Assembly: GCA_016937995.1 (NCBI GenBank)
Contig: JAFGVM010000064.1
Coordinates: 27,636 to 91,635 of the forward strand
Direction: 5' to 3'
DNA: 64,000 bases
Source of the DNA: Candidatus Delongbacteria bacterium
Lineage (GTDB): Bacteria > UBA4055
Shown here: positions 49,582 to 58,902 of the stretch, piece by piece
How the letters are laid out: each line of letters begins with the position of its first letter
How positions within the stretch are numbered: the first letter of the stretch is position 1
Notes under the pieces: model-generated
The model's database searches: none
What the model was told of the DNA's origin: nothing
The model's input: only the letters and a program-made list of their open reading frames with translations
Program-made: the position numbers and the translations under genes

Positions 49582-50550
49582 ATGAAACACGCACTTATAG
49601 TAATGGGATTTTTGGTAATAATTCTTATAGCATTTTTTTATACAGAAGAACCCGGAATAATAATTGAGGATGATAATGGTGTAATTGATTCAGCAGAAGT
49701 TATAAAACCCCAAACCCAAATTCATAAAAAGAAACCTACACGAAAAAAGATCTCAATGGACATGGTCTTAGTTGATGAAGGAACATTTCAAATGGGTTGT
49801 AATAGTCAGAATGAAGATGAGGAAATTGATGATTTTAAAGCAGAAGCAAGAAAAAGTCATGATTTTGAGTCCGGGAATAATAACAGGGATGATGAAAAGC
49901 CAGTACACGACGTCAGGATCAGTAAATTCTATATAGGTAAGTATGAAGTAACTCAGAAAGAATGGAAATCAGTTATGGGAAAAAATCCCAGTCATCGTAA
50001 AGGTAATAATAATCCTGTTGAAAAGATCAGCTGGTATGATGCTGTGGAATTCTGCAATAGGTTAAGTGCGAAAGACGGTCTGGAAAAATGTTATTCAGGA
50101 GAGGGAGTTACAATACAATGCGATTTTACTGCAAATGGTTATAGATTGCCGACTGAAGCTGAATGGGAATTTGCTGCTAAAGGCGGGGGTCTTATAGGTA
50201 CTAGAACTGATTTTGAATATAGTGGTAGTAATGAGATAGATGAAGTTGCATGGTATCGTGCCAACTCTGCTGTCATCACTCATCCTGTTGGTTCAAAAAA
50301 GCCTAATGAGATCGGAATATATGATATGAGTGGAAATGTATGGGAATGGTGCTGGGACTGGTATGATCAGGAATATTATAAAAACAGTCCTAATAGTAAT
50401 CCTACAGGTCCGGATATGAGCGCTACTAGGGTCATTCGCGGAGGAAGTTGGGGTGGTGGATCTGTGAATTGTTTAGTTGAGAACAGAAGAGGAGAAAATC
50501 CTCATTTTCAAAATAAATTTAACGGTCTGAGAGTTGCTAGAAAGTTTTAA
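49582..50550 (+). CDS. Membrane-anchored FGE-sulfatase (SUMF1/CLec-fold) domain protein
   Basis: AGAGGA RBS, GTFQMG, DEKPVH, YEVTQ, RLPTEAEWE, DMSGNVWEWC and RGGSW..GLR. Confidence 0.88.
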   Translation: MKHALIVMGFLVIILIAFFYTEEPGIIIEDDNGVIDSAEVIKPQTQIHKKKPTRKKISMDMVLVDEGTFQMGCNSQNEDEEIDDFKAEARKSHDFESGNNNRDDEKPVHDVRISKFYIGKYEVTQKEWKSVMGKNPSHRKGNNNPVEKISWYDAVEFCNRLSAKDGLEKCYSGEGVTIQCDFTANGYRLPTEAEWEFAAKGGGLIGTRTDFEYSGSNEIDEVAWYRANSAVITHPVGSKKPNEIGIYDMSGNVWEWCWDWYDQEYYKNSPNSNPTGPDMSATRVIRGGSWGGGSVNCLVENRRGENPHFQNKFNGLRVARKF

Positions 50551-50858
50551 ATCTTAACCCATAAGTATTCTTCAAGATCAATTTTACCCTCAGAAATAAA
50601 CTCAATACCTTCGCTTTCAAGAAGTGCGATCTGCTCATGGTACATGTCGATATTTATTCTTTGTATTTCACCTTTGGAGTTCATAACACGATGCCATGGT
50701 AAATTATATTTCCTGCTCATAGAAGATAGAATCCTTACAACCTGCCTTGCACCGAAAGGACTTCCTGCAAGTTTGGAGATCCCACCATATGTTTGAACTT
50801 TTCCCTTAGGAATACTTTTGATTATCTCAATGACTGCTTCAGTGAATTGTGCAGGCAT
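50547..50858 (-). CDS. Alkyltransferase-like (Atl/MGMT family) protein
   Basis: IPKGKVQTYG and PWHRV (Trp in place of the catalytic Cys). Confidence 0.9.
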   Translation of the reverse strand: MPAQFTEAVIEIIKSIPKGKVQTYGGISKLAGSPFGARQVVRILSSMSRKYNLPWHRVMNSKGEIQRINIDMYHEQIALLESEGIEFISEGKIDLEEYLWVKI

Positions 50859-50861
50859 AAT

Positions 50862-51266
50862 TTAACCCAGAAGTTCAGATAATTTCCAGACTGCCTGTCC
50901 GACACCTGATTCGACGAATACACCTACTTGAGCCATAAGTGAATTTGCAAAAGCTATCTGAGCTAAAGCATAGTATGCAATAGTGATCTGGCCCAGGCTG
51001 AAGAAACCTATTCCTAGCTGAGATATATTCACGACACCAATTCCAAATTGACCTATAGCTATGATCCCTTTTGCTACAACAGGTGTTCTATTCTTTGAAT
51101 ATTTAAATGAAATATGAAGTAACGGGATACCAAAAAAAGTCATTTTACTTTTGTATTCCCATCCGTATCCATCCCACTTTTCTTTTGCAGGTTTAGGAGC
51201 TCCACAATGCGGACAGATCGGAGCTGATTCAGATACTTCTTTTGAACATTCTCTGCAGGGTTTCAT
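50862..51266 (-). CDS. Zinc-ribbon domain protein with Gly-rich repeats
   Basis: CRECSKEVSESAPICPHCG, GIPLLHI and AKGIIAIG. Confidence 0.8.
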   Translation of the reverse strand: MKPCRECSKEVSESAPICPHCGAPKPAKEKWDGYGWEYKSKMTFFGIPLLHISFKYSKNRTPVVAKGIIAIGQFGIGVVNISQLGIGFFSLGQITIAYYALAQIAFANSLMAQVGVFVESGVGQAVWKLSELLG

Positions 51267-51282
51267 GTTTTTCTCCGTAAAA

Positions 51283-51439
51283 AAGTTAGAAATTAGAAGT
51301 CAGAGGTTAGAAGTCAGGTCACATTGAGTTAGTTTACTCCGATTTATCGGAGAAATGTTAGGCCTGATTTTTATAACGAAAAGTCTTATACTTCCACTAA
51401 CTCAGTATGACTTTTCTGTCTACTGGTCACTGACCACTA
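51283..51439. repeat. Heptamer tracts flanking a pair of REP-like elements
   Basis: (AAGTTAG/AAGTCAG)n, GTCACATTGAGTTA...CTCCGATTTATCGGAG, AAAAGTCTTA...TAACTCAGTATGACTTTT, then CTGTCTA-CTGGTCA-CTGACCA. Confidence 0.7.
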
Positions 51440-52375
51440 ATTTTTATCAATCTGATAAAAAATACCCCGCTCTTGTCTTGTATGTGATATCTTTCCTTCT
51501 GCTTCTAATGTATCGAGATATTTATTAATTTCATTTGCATGTAAACCGAGTATATCTACCATATCTTCCAGTGTACATGGTCTTCTTGATATCGTCTGCA
51601 GTATTGTGGATTCAATATCTTTGCTGAATGATTTAGCGTCTTTTCTTTTTTGGACTTTAGCAATGATCTCAACATTATCGAGCTTCCAGGTATCAACGAT
51701 CTTTTGTAATTCTTCATGGGTAGCTGCTCTTATTCCATCAATTGCACCGGGTCTGTCAAGAGTGTTGAGTTGAACTGAATCAGGTTTTATTTTCAAGACT
51801 GCATCTTTAAGTAAGTCAATATCTTCTTTACTGTCATTATATCCCGGAATAATAAGTATTTCAAGCCAGATAGTACCTTTGAATTCTTTTCTAAATTCTA
51901 TTAAAGAGGATAAATATTCTTCAAGATCAATTGAACTGTTTCCACGGTTTATCCTTTTGAATGATAATTCTGTTGCTGCATCAAAAGATGGCAGAATAAG
52001 ATCCGCTTTCAGTAGTTCATCTCTGACTTTTTTGTCAGGGAACAGAGTTGCATTGGTCAACACTGCAACTTTGGTATCGGGATAATTATCTTTGATAAAT
52101 GAAATAATATCACCGATCTTTAAGTTCAAAGTAGGTTCACCTGAACCTGAGAAAGTAATATAGTCAGGTGCAGAGTTATTTTTCATATAATCTTTCAGTT
52201 CGGTGATGACTTCATCGAATTTGATATATTCTTTTCTTTCAAGGGTCAGATCAGTTGTTTTTCCGCATTCACAGTAGATGCAATTCAGCGAACATACTTT
52301 ATGAGGAACAAGGTCAATGCCTAATGACATTCCAAGTCTTCTTGATGGTACAGGGCCGAAAATGTGTTTATACAT
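51437..52375 (-). CDS. Radical SAM protein (COG0731-like) with C-terminal HTH
   Basis: FGPVPSRRLG, CSLNCIYC, SGSGEPTL and LNTLDRP. Confidence 0.88.
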   Translation of the reverse strand: MYKHIFGPVPSRRLGMSLGIDLVPHKVCSLNCIYCECGKTTDLTLERKEYIKFDEVITELKDYMKNNSAPDYITFSGSGEPTLNLKIGDIISFIKDNYPDTKVAVLTNATLFPDKKVRDELLKADLILPSFDAATELSFKRINRGNSSIDLEEYLSSLIEFRKEFKGTIWLEILIIPGYNDSKEDIDLLKDAVLKIKPDSVQLNTLDRPGAIDGIRAATHEELQKIVDTWKLDNVEIIAKVQKRKDAKSFSKDIESTILQTISRRPCTLEDMVDILGLHANEINKYLDTLEAEGKISHTRQERGIFYQIDKN

Positions 52376-52452
52376 TAGGTTCTCTTGTTATTTTATTTGA
52401 ATGTAATATAAGATACAGGGAGAGATTTACAAAGTATCTATTTGATCTGCTG

Positions 52453-54318
52453 TTAAATTTCTTTTAAGAACTTTTCAACTGAATTTTCTTTCAAAGCATC
52501 TTTTAGTTCTTCTTTAAAAATTTCATCTCGTAAGGCTGTTGTAATTACTTTAAGTGCTTTTAAGTGCTGTTCTGGGTATTTCTCAGGAGTTATGATCATA
52601 AATATCAGATCAACTTCTTTTTCATCAGGGGATTTCCAGTCAACAGGGTTCTCCATCAATCCGCAGACTACTTTTACTGATTCAACAGCACTGGTACGGC
52701 AGTGAGGGAATGCAACACCTCCACCGATTCCAGTACTACCGAGTTTTTCTCTTTCCAGTATTGAGTTAACGATGATATCTTTATCATAAATAATTCCACC
52801 TTCAACAAATTTAGATGTAAGAATATTGATCGCTGCTTCTCTGGATTCAGCACTGATCTCAAAAACTCTATTGTAAATAAGTGTCGATAACGTAAGTATT
52901 TCATCAGTTTCAATAAATGAATTATCATCAATCTCATCAATATTATTTTTATTCATTAACTTACTTTCACCGATGATCCAGTTCTTCCACTTTATCAATG
53001 TTTTCTCTGATAGCCATGCTCCTCCAAGTTCAAAAACTACGAGTGCAGGGATGATAGTATCAAATATTCTCTGACCACCAGAATTTTTCAGAACAGTAAA
53101 TACAAGAATAGTTTCAACCGCTGCCATACCGGCTTGAGGAAGCATAAGTTTCGGTAAACATGCCGTTATCTTAGAATCCTGATCAGTTACTTTACATCCG
53201 TACCAACTACCTGCCAGTTTTCCGGTAGTCCTAAGAACAAGATATCCTCCTACAAATATAAGAGTTTCACCAGAGAAGCTTTCAACGTTGACATTTGAAC
53301 CTATGATAGCAAAGAAAAGAAGGTTGAACATCGGCATAACATTTTCGATCTTAAGTGAATCGAAGAGTGCATGTGAGTGAAAGTTTGATATTAGGAATCC
53401 TGCGACAATAGCTGTTATAAGAAAAGGGAGATTAAAGTGCATCGCAACAGCTATACCAAGAGCAACAATTCCGAGAATTATAAGAAGTATCTCAACAGAA
53501 GGTGTTGGGTGTTCCATCAGTACTCTTGATAAGAACGTTCTGTCATCTTTTATAAATTCCTGTTCTTCAGGTTCAGGAAGCTTCTTTTTTACGATCTTTT
53601 TCAGTATGAAGAATATTACAAAGCCGATCAGGACAGAGAAGAAAAGTTCTTCAATTACTAAGATAGAAATCGATGTAAAACTTACCTCATGTCCGGTTTG
53701 TAATGCCACAGCAATACCAAGGAAAATAGAGAAGAATATTACTTCGATTATATCATCCAGAACTACTATGTTTGCGAGGAGATTCTTCAGCTTTCCTTCA
53801 ATCTTGAGTTTATTCATCAAAACAAATGTCAGAGCTGGTGCTGTTGCGATACCGATTGATCCAATTATAAGAGCGTGAATCAATTCAAAATCAAATACGA
53901 AGTAAAATCCTGAGAAGATCAAAGCAAATGTTACAAAAGCTTGAATAACACAGATAATGGTAGCTTTTATACCGACCTTGCGAACTCTGTCCCTGTGTAA
54001 TTCCTCACCGATAGAAAAAGCAATTATTCCTAGGAAAAGAAAAATGAAAAAATGAAAATCCTCCATAACTTTGGCGTATTCATCGTAAGAATTTTCAAAA
54101 AAATGAAAAACAGGTCTTAATAAAAAAACTTCGTCTAAACCATCGAATTTAAGCAGAAACCTGTAAATTATGTGAAGGAAATGAGGACCTACGACAACTC
54201 CGCCAATTATCTGACCAACAACTTCTCCGATCTTGATCTTACGAGCCAGATAACCACCCAAGTAAGCTGCAAGTATAAGTATCCCTGCTTCCAGTATTTG
54301 AAATTTAATATGATCCAT
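52453..54318 (-). CDS. Cation:proton antiporter fused to a PTS EIIA (Ntr/Fru-type) domain
   Basis: GAGGA RBS before MDHIKF; ATAPA, VVLDD and PQAG motifs; C-terminal ERE..GSTGIGGGVAFPH with the phospho-His. Confidence 0.88.
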   Translation of the reverse strand: MDHIKFQILEAGILILAAYLGGYLARKIKIGEVVGQIIGGVVVGPHFLHIIYRFLLKFDGLDEVFLLRPVFHFFENSYDEYAKVMEDFHFFIFLFLGIIAFSIGEELHRDRVRKVGIKATIICVIQAFVTFALIFSGFYFVFDFELIHALIIGSIGIATAPALTFVLMNKLKIEGKLKNLLANIVVLDDIIEVIFFSIFLGIAVALQTGHEVSFTSISILVIEELFFSVLIGFVIFFILKKIVKKKLPEPEEQEFIKDDRTFLSRVLMEHPTPSVEILLIILGIVALGIAVAMHFNLPFLITAIVAGFLISNFHSHALFDSLKIENVMPMFNLLFFAIIGSNVNVESFSGETLIFVGGYLVLRTTGKLAGSWYGCKVTDQDSKITACLPKLMLPQAGMAAVETILVFTVLKNSGGQRIFDTIIPALVVFELGGAWLSEKTLIKWKNWIIGESKLMNKNNIDEIDDNSFIETDEILTLSTLIYNRVFEISAESREAAINILTSKFVEGGIIYDKDIIVNSILEREKLGSTGIGGGVAFPHCRTSAVESVKVVCGLMENPVDWKSPDEKEVDLIFMIITPEKYPEQHLKALKVITTALRDEIFKEELKDALKENSVEKFLKEI

Positions 54319-54382
54319 ACGAATCCTCAAAATAAGAAAGAAACAGATGTAAATCAATACATCTGTTCCTTATTTTTAAATT

Positions 54383-55594
54383 TTATAAGTAAGCATTTTC
54401 TCCATGAAGAACTTCATCAACTCCTAACTCTTCTTCTTCCTTAGAAACTCTAGCCGGAGTAAATTTATTTATAACGATCAGCATTACATATGTAAATATG
54501 AATGCATATATCGATGCACCAATTACTGCAGCAGTCTGCTTCCAGAAGAACATTCCACCACCGTAAAGTAATCCATCCGCTCCACCTGGATTAACTGCTG
54601 TTGAAGCAAATACTCCAAGTAATATGACACCAATAGTTCCACCTACACCGTGAACTCCCCATACATCAAGAGCATCATCCCAATTTAACTTATTTTTCAT
54701 TGCTACAGCCAGGTAACAAACAGCTCCAGCTATGATACCGATGAACATGGCTGACACAGGAGATACAAAACCAGCTGCAGGTGTAATTGTTGCCAATCCT
54801 GCCACTGCACCTGTAAGAAGACCTACAAATTTAGGCTTTTTAATATGATTCCATTCTATTATCAGCCAGGTAATTGCAGCAAAAGAAGCAGCAATATCTG
54901 TGTTTACGAACGCAATAGCAGTAATAGAATCTACCTTTAACTCACTACCGGCATTGAAACCATACCATCCGAACCAGAGAAGACCAGTTCCAAGTGCAAC
55001 CAATGGAATACTGTGAGGGCCATGTTCTGATACTTTCCTGTTTCCAAGAAAGAACACTGAAGCCAAAGCTGCCATACCTGCTATTGCATGAACAACTATA
55101 CCACCTGCAAAATCAAGAACACCCCATTGCTGTAAAATTCCGCCACCCCAAACCATGTGAACGAACGGGAAATAAACAAAAAGCAACCATAGGACTAAGA
55201 AGATCAAATATGCTTTGAATCTGATCCTGTTAGTGAAAGCTCCTGTAATAAGAGCAGGTGTGATAATAGCGAACATCATCTGATATGCCACAAATACAAG
55301 GACCGGTATTCTTCCGTCAGCTGAAAACGCATCTGTAATCGAAATACCCTGCAAAAATGCATTATCAAGATTACCGATCACACCTCCGATATCCCCGCTA
55401 AAGCAAAGTGAATATCCTACTGCGAACCATAAAATTGTCGTGATTCCCATTGACACAAAACTCTGCATCATAATACTGAGCACATTCTTTCTTCCTACCA
55501 GACCACCGTAGAAGAATGCAAGTCCCGGTGTCATTAACATTACCAGACTTGTTGCCAGAAGCATAAAACCTGTGTTACCTGTGTTGAAATCCAT
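54383..55594 (-). CDS. amt: Ammonium transporter
   Basis: MTPGLAFFYGG, QMMFA, DFAGGIVVH, GFNAGS and DDALDVWGVHG (twin His intact). Confidence 0.95.
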   Translation of the reverse strand: MDFNTGNTGFMLLATSLVMLMTPGLAFFYGGLVGRKNVLSIMMQSFVSMGITTILWFAVGYSLCFSGDIGGVIGNLDNAFLQGISITDAFSADGRIPVLVFVAYQMMFAIITPALITGAFTNRIRFKAYLIFLVLWLLFVYFPFVHMVWGGGILQQWGVLDFAGGIVVHAIAGMAALASVFFLGNRKVSEHGPHSIPLVALGTGLLWFGWYGFNAGSELKVDSITAIAFVNTDIAASFAAITWLIIEWNHIKKPKFVGLLTGAVAGLATITPAAGFVSPVSAMFIGIIAGAVCYLAVAMKNKLNWDDALDVWGVHGVGGTIGVILLGVFASTAVNPGGADGLLYGGGMFFWKQTAAVIGASIYAFIFTYVMLIVINKFTPARVSKEEEELGVDEVLHGENAYL

Positions 55595-55760
55595 AACTAC
55601 TCCATTCTAGTTAATTTTATATAATATTTTGTTTTCATTTAATAATTTGAAATATTTAAAAATTAGATAAATGAAACGAATCGATCATTTATCTACGATA
55701 TTACTAAAGGTTAGTATGAAATTATGATATGGTTAAAAATTCAAATAAGTTCAAGAAAAT

Positions 55761-57005
55761 TTACAAATATGCAGTTTCACCATGCTGTCCTTCATCAAGA
55801 CCGGAATTCTCTTCTTCCTCTGAAACTCTTACATCAGTGATCTTATTTACGATCCAAAGCATAAAAAGAGTGAACAGGAAAGCATAAATAGCAGCAAATA
55901 TTACTGCCCCTGTCTGTTTGAAAAGAAAAGCAATATTTCCGTCGATCAATCCACTTGCTAAACTAGAAGCATCTTTACCGAGAAAAGTCATGGTATTAGT
56001 TCCTAAGATACCAAGGAGTATAACTCCAAGAAGTCCGCCGATCCCATGTATTCCGAAAACATCAAGTGCATCATCTAGGCCGGCCCTGTTCTTAAAATAA
56101 ACTGCAATATAGCAAGCAACAGAAGCTAATGTCCCAATTATTACGGCAGATTGAGGAGAAACATAACCTGCAGCAGGTGTAATACATGCCAATCCTGCAA
56201 CTGAACCCGTAAGAAAACCTAATAGTTTCGGTTTTCTTGTAAATATCCAGTCAAGCAATAGCCATGTTGGACCTGCAAAAGAAGCTGCTATGTCAGTATT
56301 TATAAAAGCCAGTGTTGTAATAGGATCAACTTCGAACTCACTTCCCGCATTAAATCCGTACCATCCGAACCACAAAATACCGGTCCCTAATGCTACAAGA
56401 GGAATACTGTGCATACCTTTATCTGAAATTTTTCTTTTACCTATGAATATAACTGAAGCTAAGGCTGCAAACCCGGCTGTAGTATGCACTACTATGCCTC
56501 CTGCAAAATCCTTAATACCCCAATGAGATAATAATCCGCCACCCCAGACCATATGTACGAGAGGGAAATAAACAAATATCTGCCATACTACCAGGAATAT
56601 TATATATGCGGAAAATCTTACTCTGTTTGCAAATGCTCCAGTGATCAAAGCTGGTGTTATAATAGCGAACATCATTTGATAAGCTACAAACACATAAATC
56701 GGTACTCCCGGATTTACAGGACTTGGATCAACAAGTGTAATTCCGCTAAGGAATATGTGATCAAAATTTCCAATGATACCAAGAATATCCCCGTTCCCGT
56801 AAGAACCGCTAAAGCAAATTGAATAACCAAATGCAAACCATAATATCGTAGTTAAACCCAGAGAAACAAAGTTTTGGAACATAATAGTAATAACATGTTT
56901 TCTTCCGACTAATCCTCCGTAAAAAAAAGCCAGTCCGGGTGTCATGAACATAACTAAGCTGGTAGCTATTAGCATAAAGCCAGTGCTTGCAAGGTCAAAA
57001 TTCAT
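55761..57005 (-). CDS. amt: Ammonium transporter (paralog)
   Basis: Same motifs; VVHTTAG and FGIHG. Confidence 0.95.
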   Translation of the reverse strand: MNFDLASTGFMLIATSLVMFMTPGLAFFYGGLVGRKHVITIMFQNFVSLGLTTILWFAFGYSICFSGSYGNGDILGIIGNFDHIFLSGITLVDPSPVNPGVPIYVFVAYQMMFAIITPALITGAFANRVRFSAYIIFLVVWQIFVYFPLVHMVWGGGLLSHWGIKDFAGGIVVHTTAGFAALASVIFIGKRKISDKGMHSIPLVALGTGILWFGWYGFNAGSEFEVDPITTLAFINTDIAASFAGPTWLLLDWIFTRKPKLLGFLTGSVAGLACITPAAGYVSPQSAVIIGTLASVACYIAVYFKNRAGLDDALDVFGIHGIGGLLGVILLGILGTNTMTFLGKDASSLASGLIDGNIAFLFKQTGAVIFAAIYAFLFTLFMLWIVNKITDVRVSEEEENSGLDEGQHGETAYL

Positions 57006-57068
57006 AAAAATTCCCGGTTGAGTGTTAATGTTCTATATTAATTTGTCAGTCTGAGTAAAATATAATGA

Positions 57069-57494
57069 TCATACATTTTGGTAAGGAGGAGGTCTCGGTA
57101 AAGCTGTATTTGAAGATTCTTTCCGTATAAAAGAAATAAAATATAAAAAACTTATGATCTGTTTTACAGGATCGAAATTAAAGAATTTATAAAAAAATGC
57201 GAAAGAACCAAGAAGAAAGAATATCATACTCAACTCTAGTCTTGAAATATTAACAAGAGAGTTCTCATTATCAATGAACAGGGTTTGTGGCCGAGGTTCA
57301 AAGAAGTTTTTACTTGATATTAAATTTGTGGAGCTAGAGAATGGATATGTGTTCATGAACGAGAAGGTCCGTGTGCTCTTTCCTGATTTAATTACTTTAT
57401 CTAGTTCAATGTAAATATCAATGAAAAAGACTAAACTTATCAATGTGATAAGGAAAAATATACCTGTTCTATCGTTGTGTTTCTTTATATCCAC
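57069..57494 (-). CDS. Membrane leader protein with C-terminal PRPPP (putative arrest peptide)
   Basis: GTG start ~30 nt after a candidate promoter; N-terminal TM, second hydrophobic segment, ends ALPRPPPYQNV; stop is 63 nt before amt. Confidence 0.6.
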   Translation of the reverse strand: MDIKKHNDRTGIFFLITLISLVFFIDIYIELDKVIKSGKSTRTFSFMNTYPFSSSTNLISSKNFFEPRPQTLFIDNENSLVNISRLELSMIFFLLGSFAFFYKFFNFDPVKQIISFLYFISFIRKESSNTALPRPPPYQNV

Positions 57495-57530
57495 CTGGAC
57501 TTTCTCACTGTATGTTACAATACCAAGTAA

Positions 57531-57559
57531 AAAATATATAAAACATATTTAATAGTCAA
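57531..57559 (-). promoter_or_regulatory. Candidate sigma70 promoter for the leader-amt operon
   Basis: TTGACT-17 nt-TATTTT on the minus strand. Confidence 0.45.
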
Positions 57560-57584
57560 TTCGAATTTTTATTATAGGTTATAT

Positions 57585-57623
57585 AAAAAAAGACCGAAAC
57601 AATCTAATCATTTCGGTCTTTTC
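57585..57623 (-). terminator. Intrinsic terminator after trpB
   Basis: AAAAGACCGAAA-N10-TTTCGGTCTTTT with a T-tract on the minus strand. Confidence 0.8.
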
Positions 57624-57639
57624 AATGTGTACAAGAAGT

Positions 57640-58872
57640 TCAGTCAATACCGATCATATCTCCGTAGCTTTCAGCAATGAAATCAATATCCTTATCACCC
57701 CGGCCGGAAAGGTTAACAAGAATTGTTTCACTTGGCTCTAAAGAAGATGCTAATTTGATAGCAAAAGCTATAGCATGAGAGCTTTCAAGGGCTGGAATTA
57801 TTCCTTCATTTTTTGACATAATACTGAATGCTTCAATAGCTTCGGTGTCATTAATTGTTTCGTATCTTATACGTTCAATATCCTTCAGATAAGAATGTTG
57901 TGGTCCGACACCGGGATAATCAAGACCACTGGCAATAGAATGTACAGGTGAAGGTTCACCATTCTCATTCTGCAATAAATAACACATAAATCCATGAATT
58001 ACTCCGGGTTTCCCTAATGTCAATGTTGCTGCATGCTCTCCATCTTTAAAACCTTTTCCGGATGGTTCTACTCCATGTATCTGCACATTTTTATCTTCTA
58101 AAAAAGCTGTAAATAGACCAATTGCATTAGATCCTCCTCCAACACAGGCAACAAGATGATCAGGAAGTTTTCCGGTTTTTTGTTGGAATTGTGCCCTTGC
58201 TTCTTCGCCGACTATCTGCTGAAAATCTCTGACCATCATAGGGAAGGGATGAGGACCTACAACTGAACCGATTGCATAGAACTGTGTGACGGGATCCTGC
58301 ATGTAAGCCATAAACGCTGAATCTACAGCTTCTTTAAGAGTTTTAAGACCGAATGTTACTGGAACTACTTTTGCACCGAGTATCTTCATCCTGATCACAT
58401 TTGGGTGCTCTTTTGCAATATCCACTTCACCCATATGGATCTCACATTGCATATCAAGTAATGCTGCTGCTGTTGCCAAAGCAACTCCATGCTGACCTGC
58501 ACCAGTTTCTGCAATAACTTTTTTCTTTCCCATTTTCTTTGCAAGTAATACTTCACCAAGGCAGTGATTGATCTTATGTGCTCCGGTATGATTGAGATCT
58601 TCTCTTTTGAAGTATATCTGTGCACCTCCAACTTTTTGGGACAAGCTTTTTGCGTGATAAACAGGTGAAGGTCTACCAGTGTAATCCCGGTTTAATCTTA
58701 TGAGTTCGGTTTTGAATTCCTCAGTTTCAATAATACGATAGTAAGACTCAGTGATCTTCTGCATTTCTTCTACCAATTGCGGTGGAAGATAAGCTCCCCC
58801 GTACTCACCGAAATACCCCTTTTCATCTGGGAGTTGTTTTGTTTTTGTTCTTTCAGCTGTGATCGTTTCCAT
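57640..58872 (-). CDS. trpB: Tryptophan synthase beta chain, stand-alone (no adjacent trpA)
   Basis: [14 protein letters not shown] (PLP Lys), [23 protein letters not shown] and [17 protein letters not shown] before ATG 58872. Confidence 0.96.
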   Translation of the reverse strand: METITAERTKTKQLPDEKGYFGEYGGAYLPPQLVEEMQKITESYYRIIETEEFKTELIRLNRDYTGRPSPVYHAKSLSQKVGGAQIYFKREDLNHTGAHKINHCLGEVLLAKKMGKKKVIAETGAGQHGVALATAAALLDMQCEIHMGEVDIAKEHPNVIRMKILGAKVVPVTFGLKTLKEAVDSAFMAYMQDPVTQFYAIGSVVGPHPFPMMVRDFQQIVGEEARAQFQQKTGKLPDHLVACVGGGSNAIGLFTAFLEDKNVQIHGVEPSGKGFKDGEHAATLTLGKPGVIHGFMCYLLQNENGEPSPVHSIASGLDYPGVGPQHSYLKDIERIRYETINDTEAIEAFSIMSKNEGIIPALESSHAIAFAIKLASSLEPSETILVNLSGRGDKDIDFIAESYGDMIGID

Positions 58873-58902
58873 TTTGCTTCTCCTTTTGTTTATTTTTTGC
58901 AT

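Noticed and set aside
58873..58902. Longer trpB start [10 protein letters not shown]
   Set aside because: This ATG abuts the terminator U-tract, and the AGGAG RBS supports ATG 58872.
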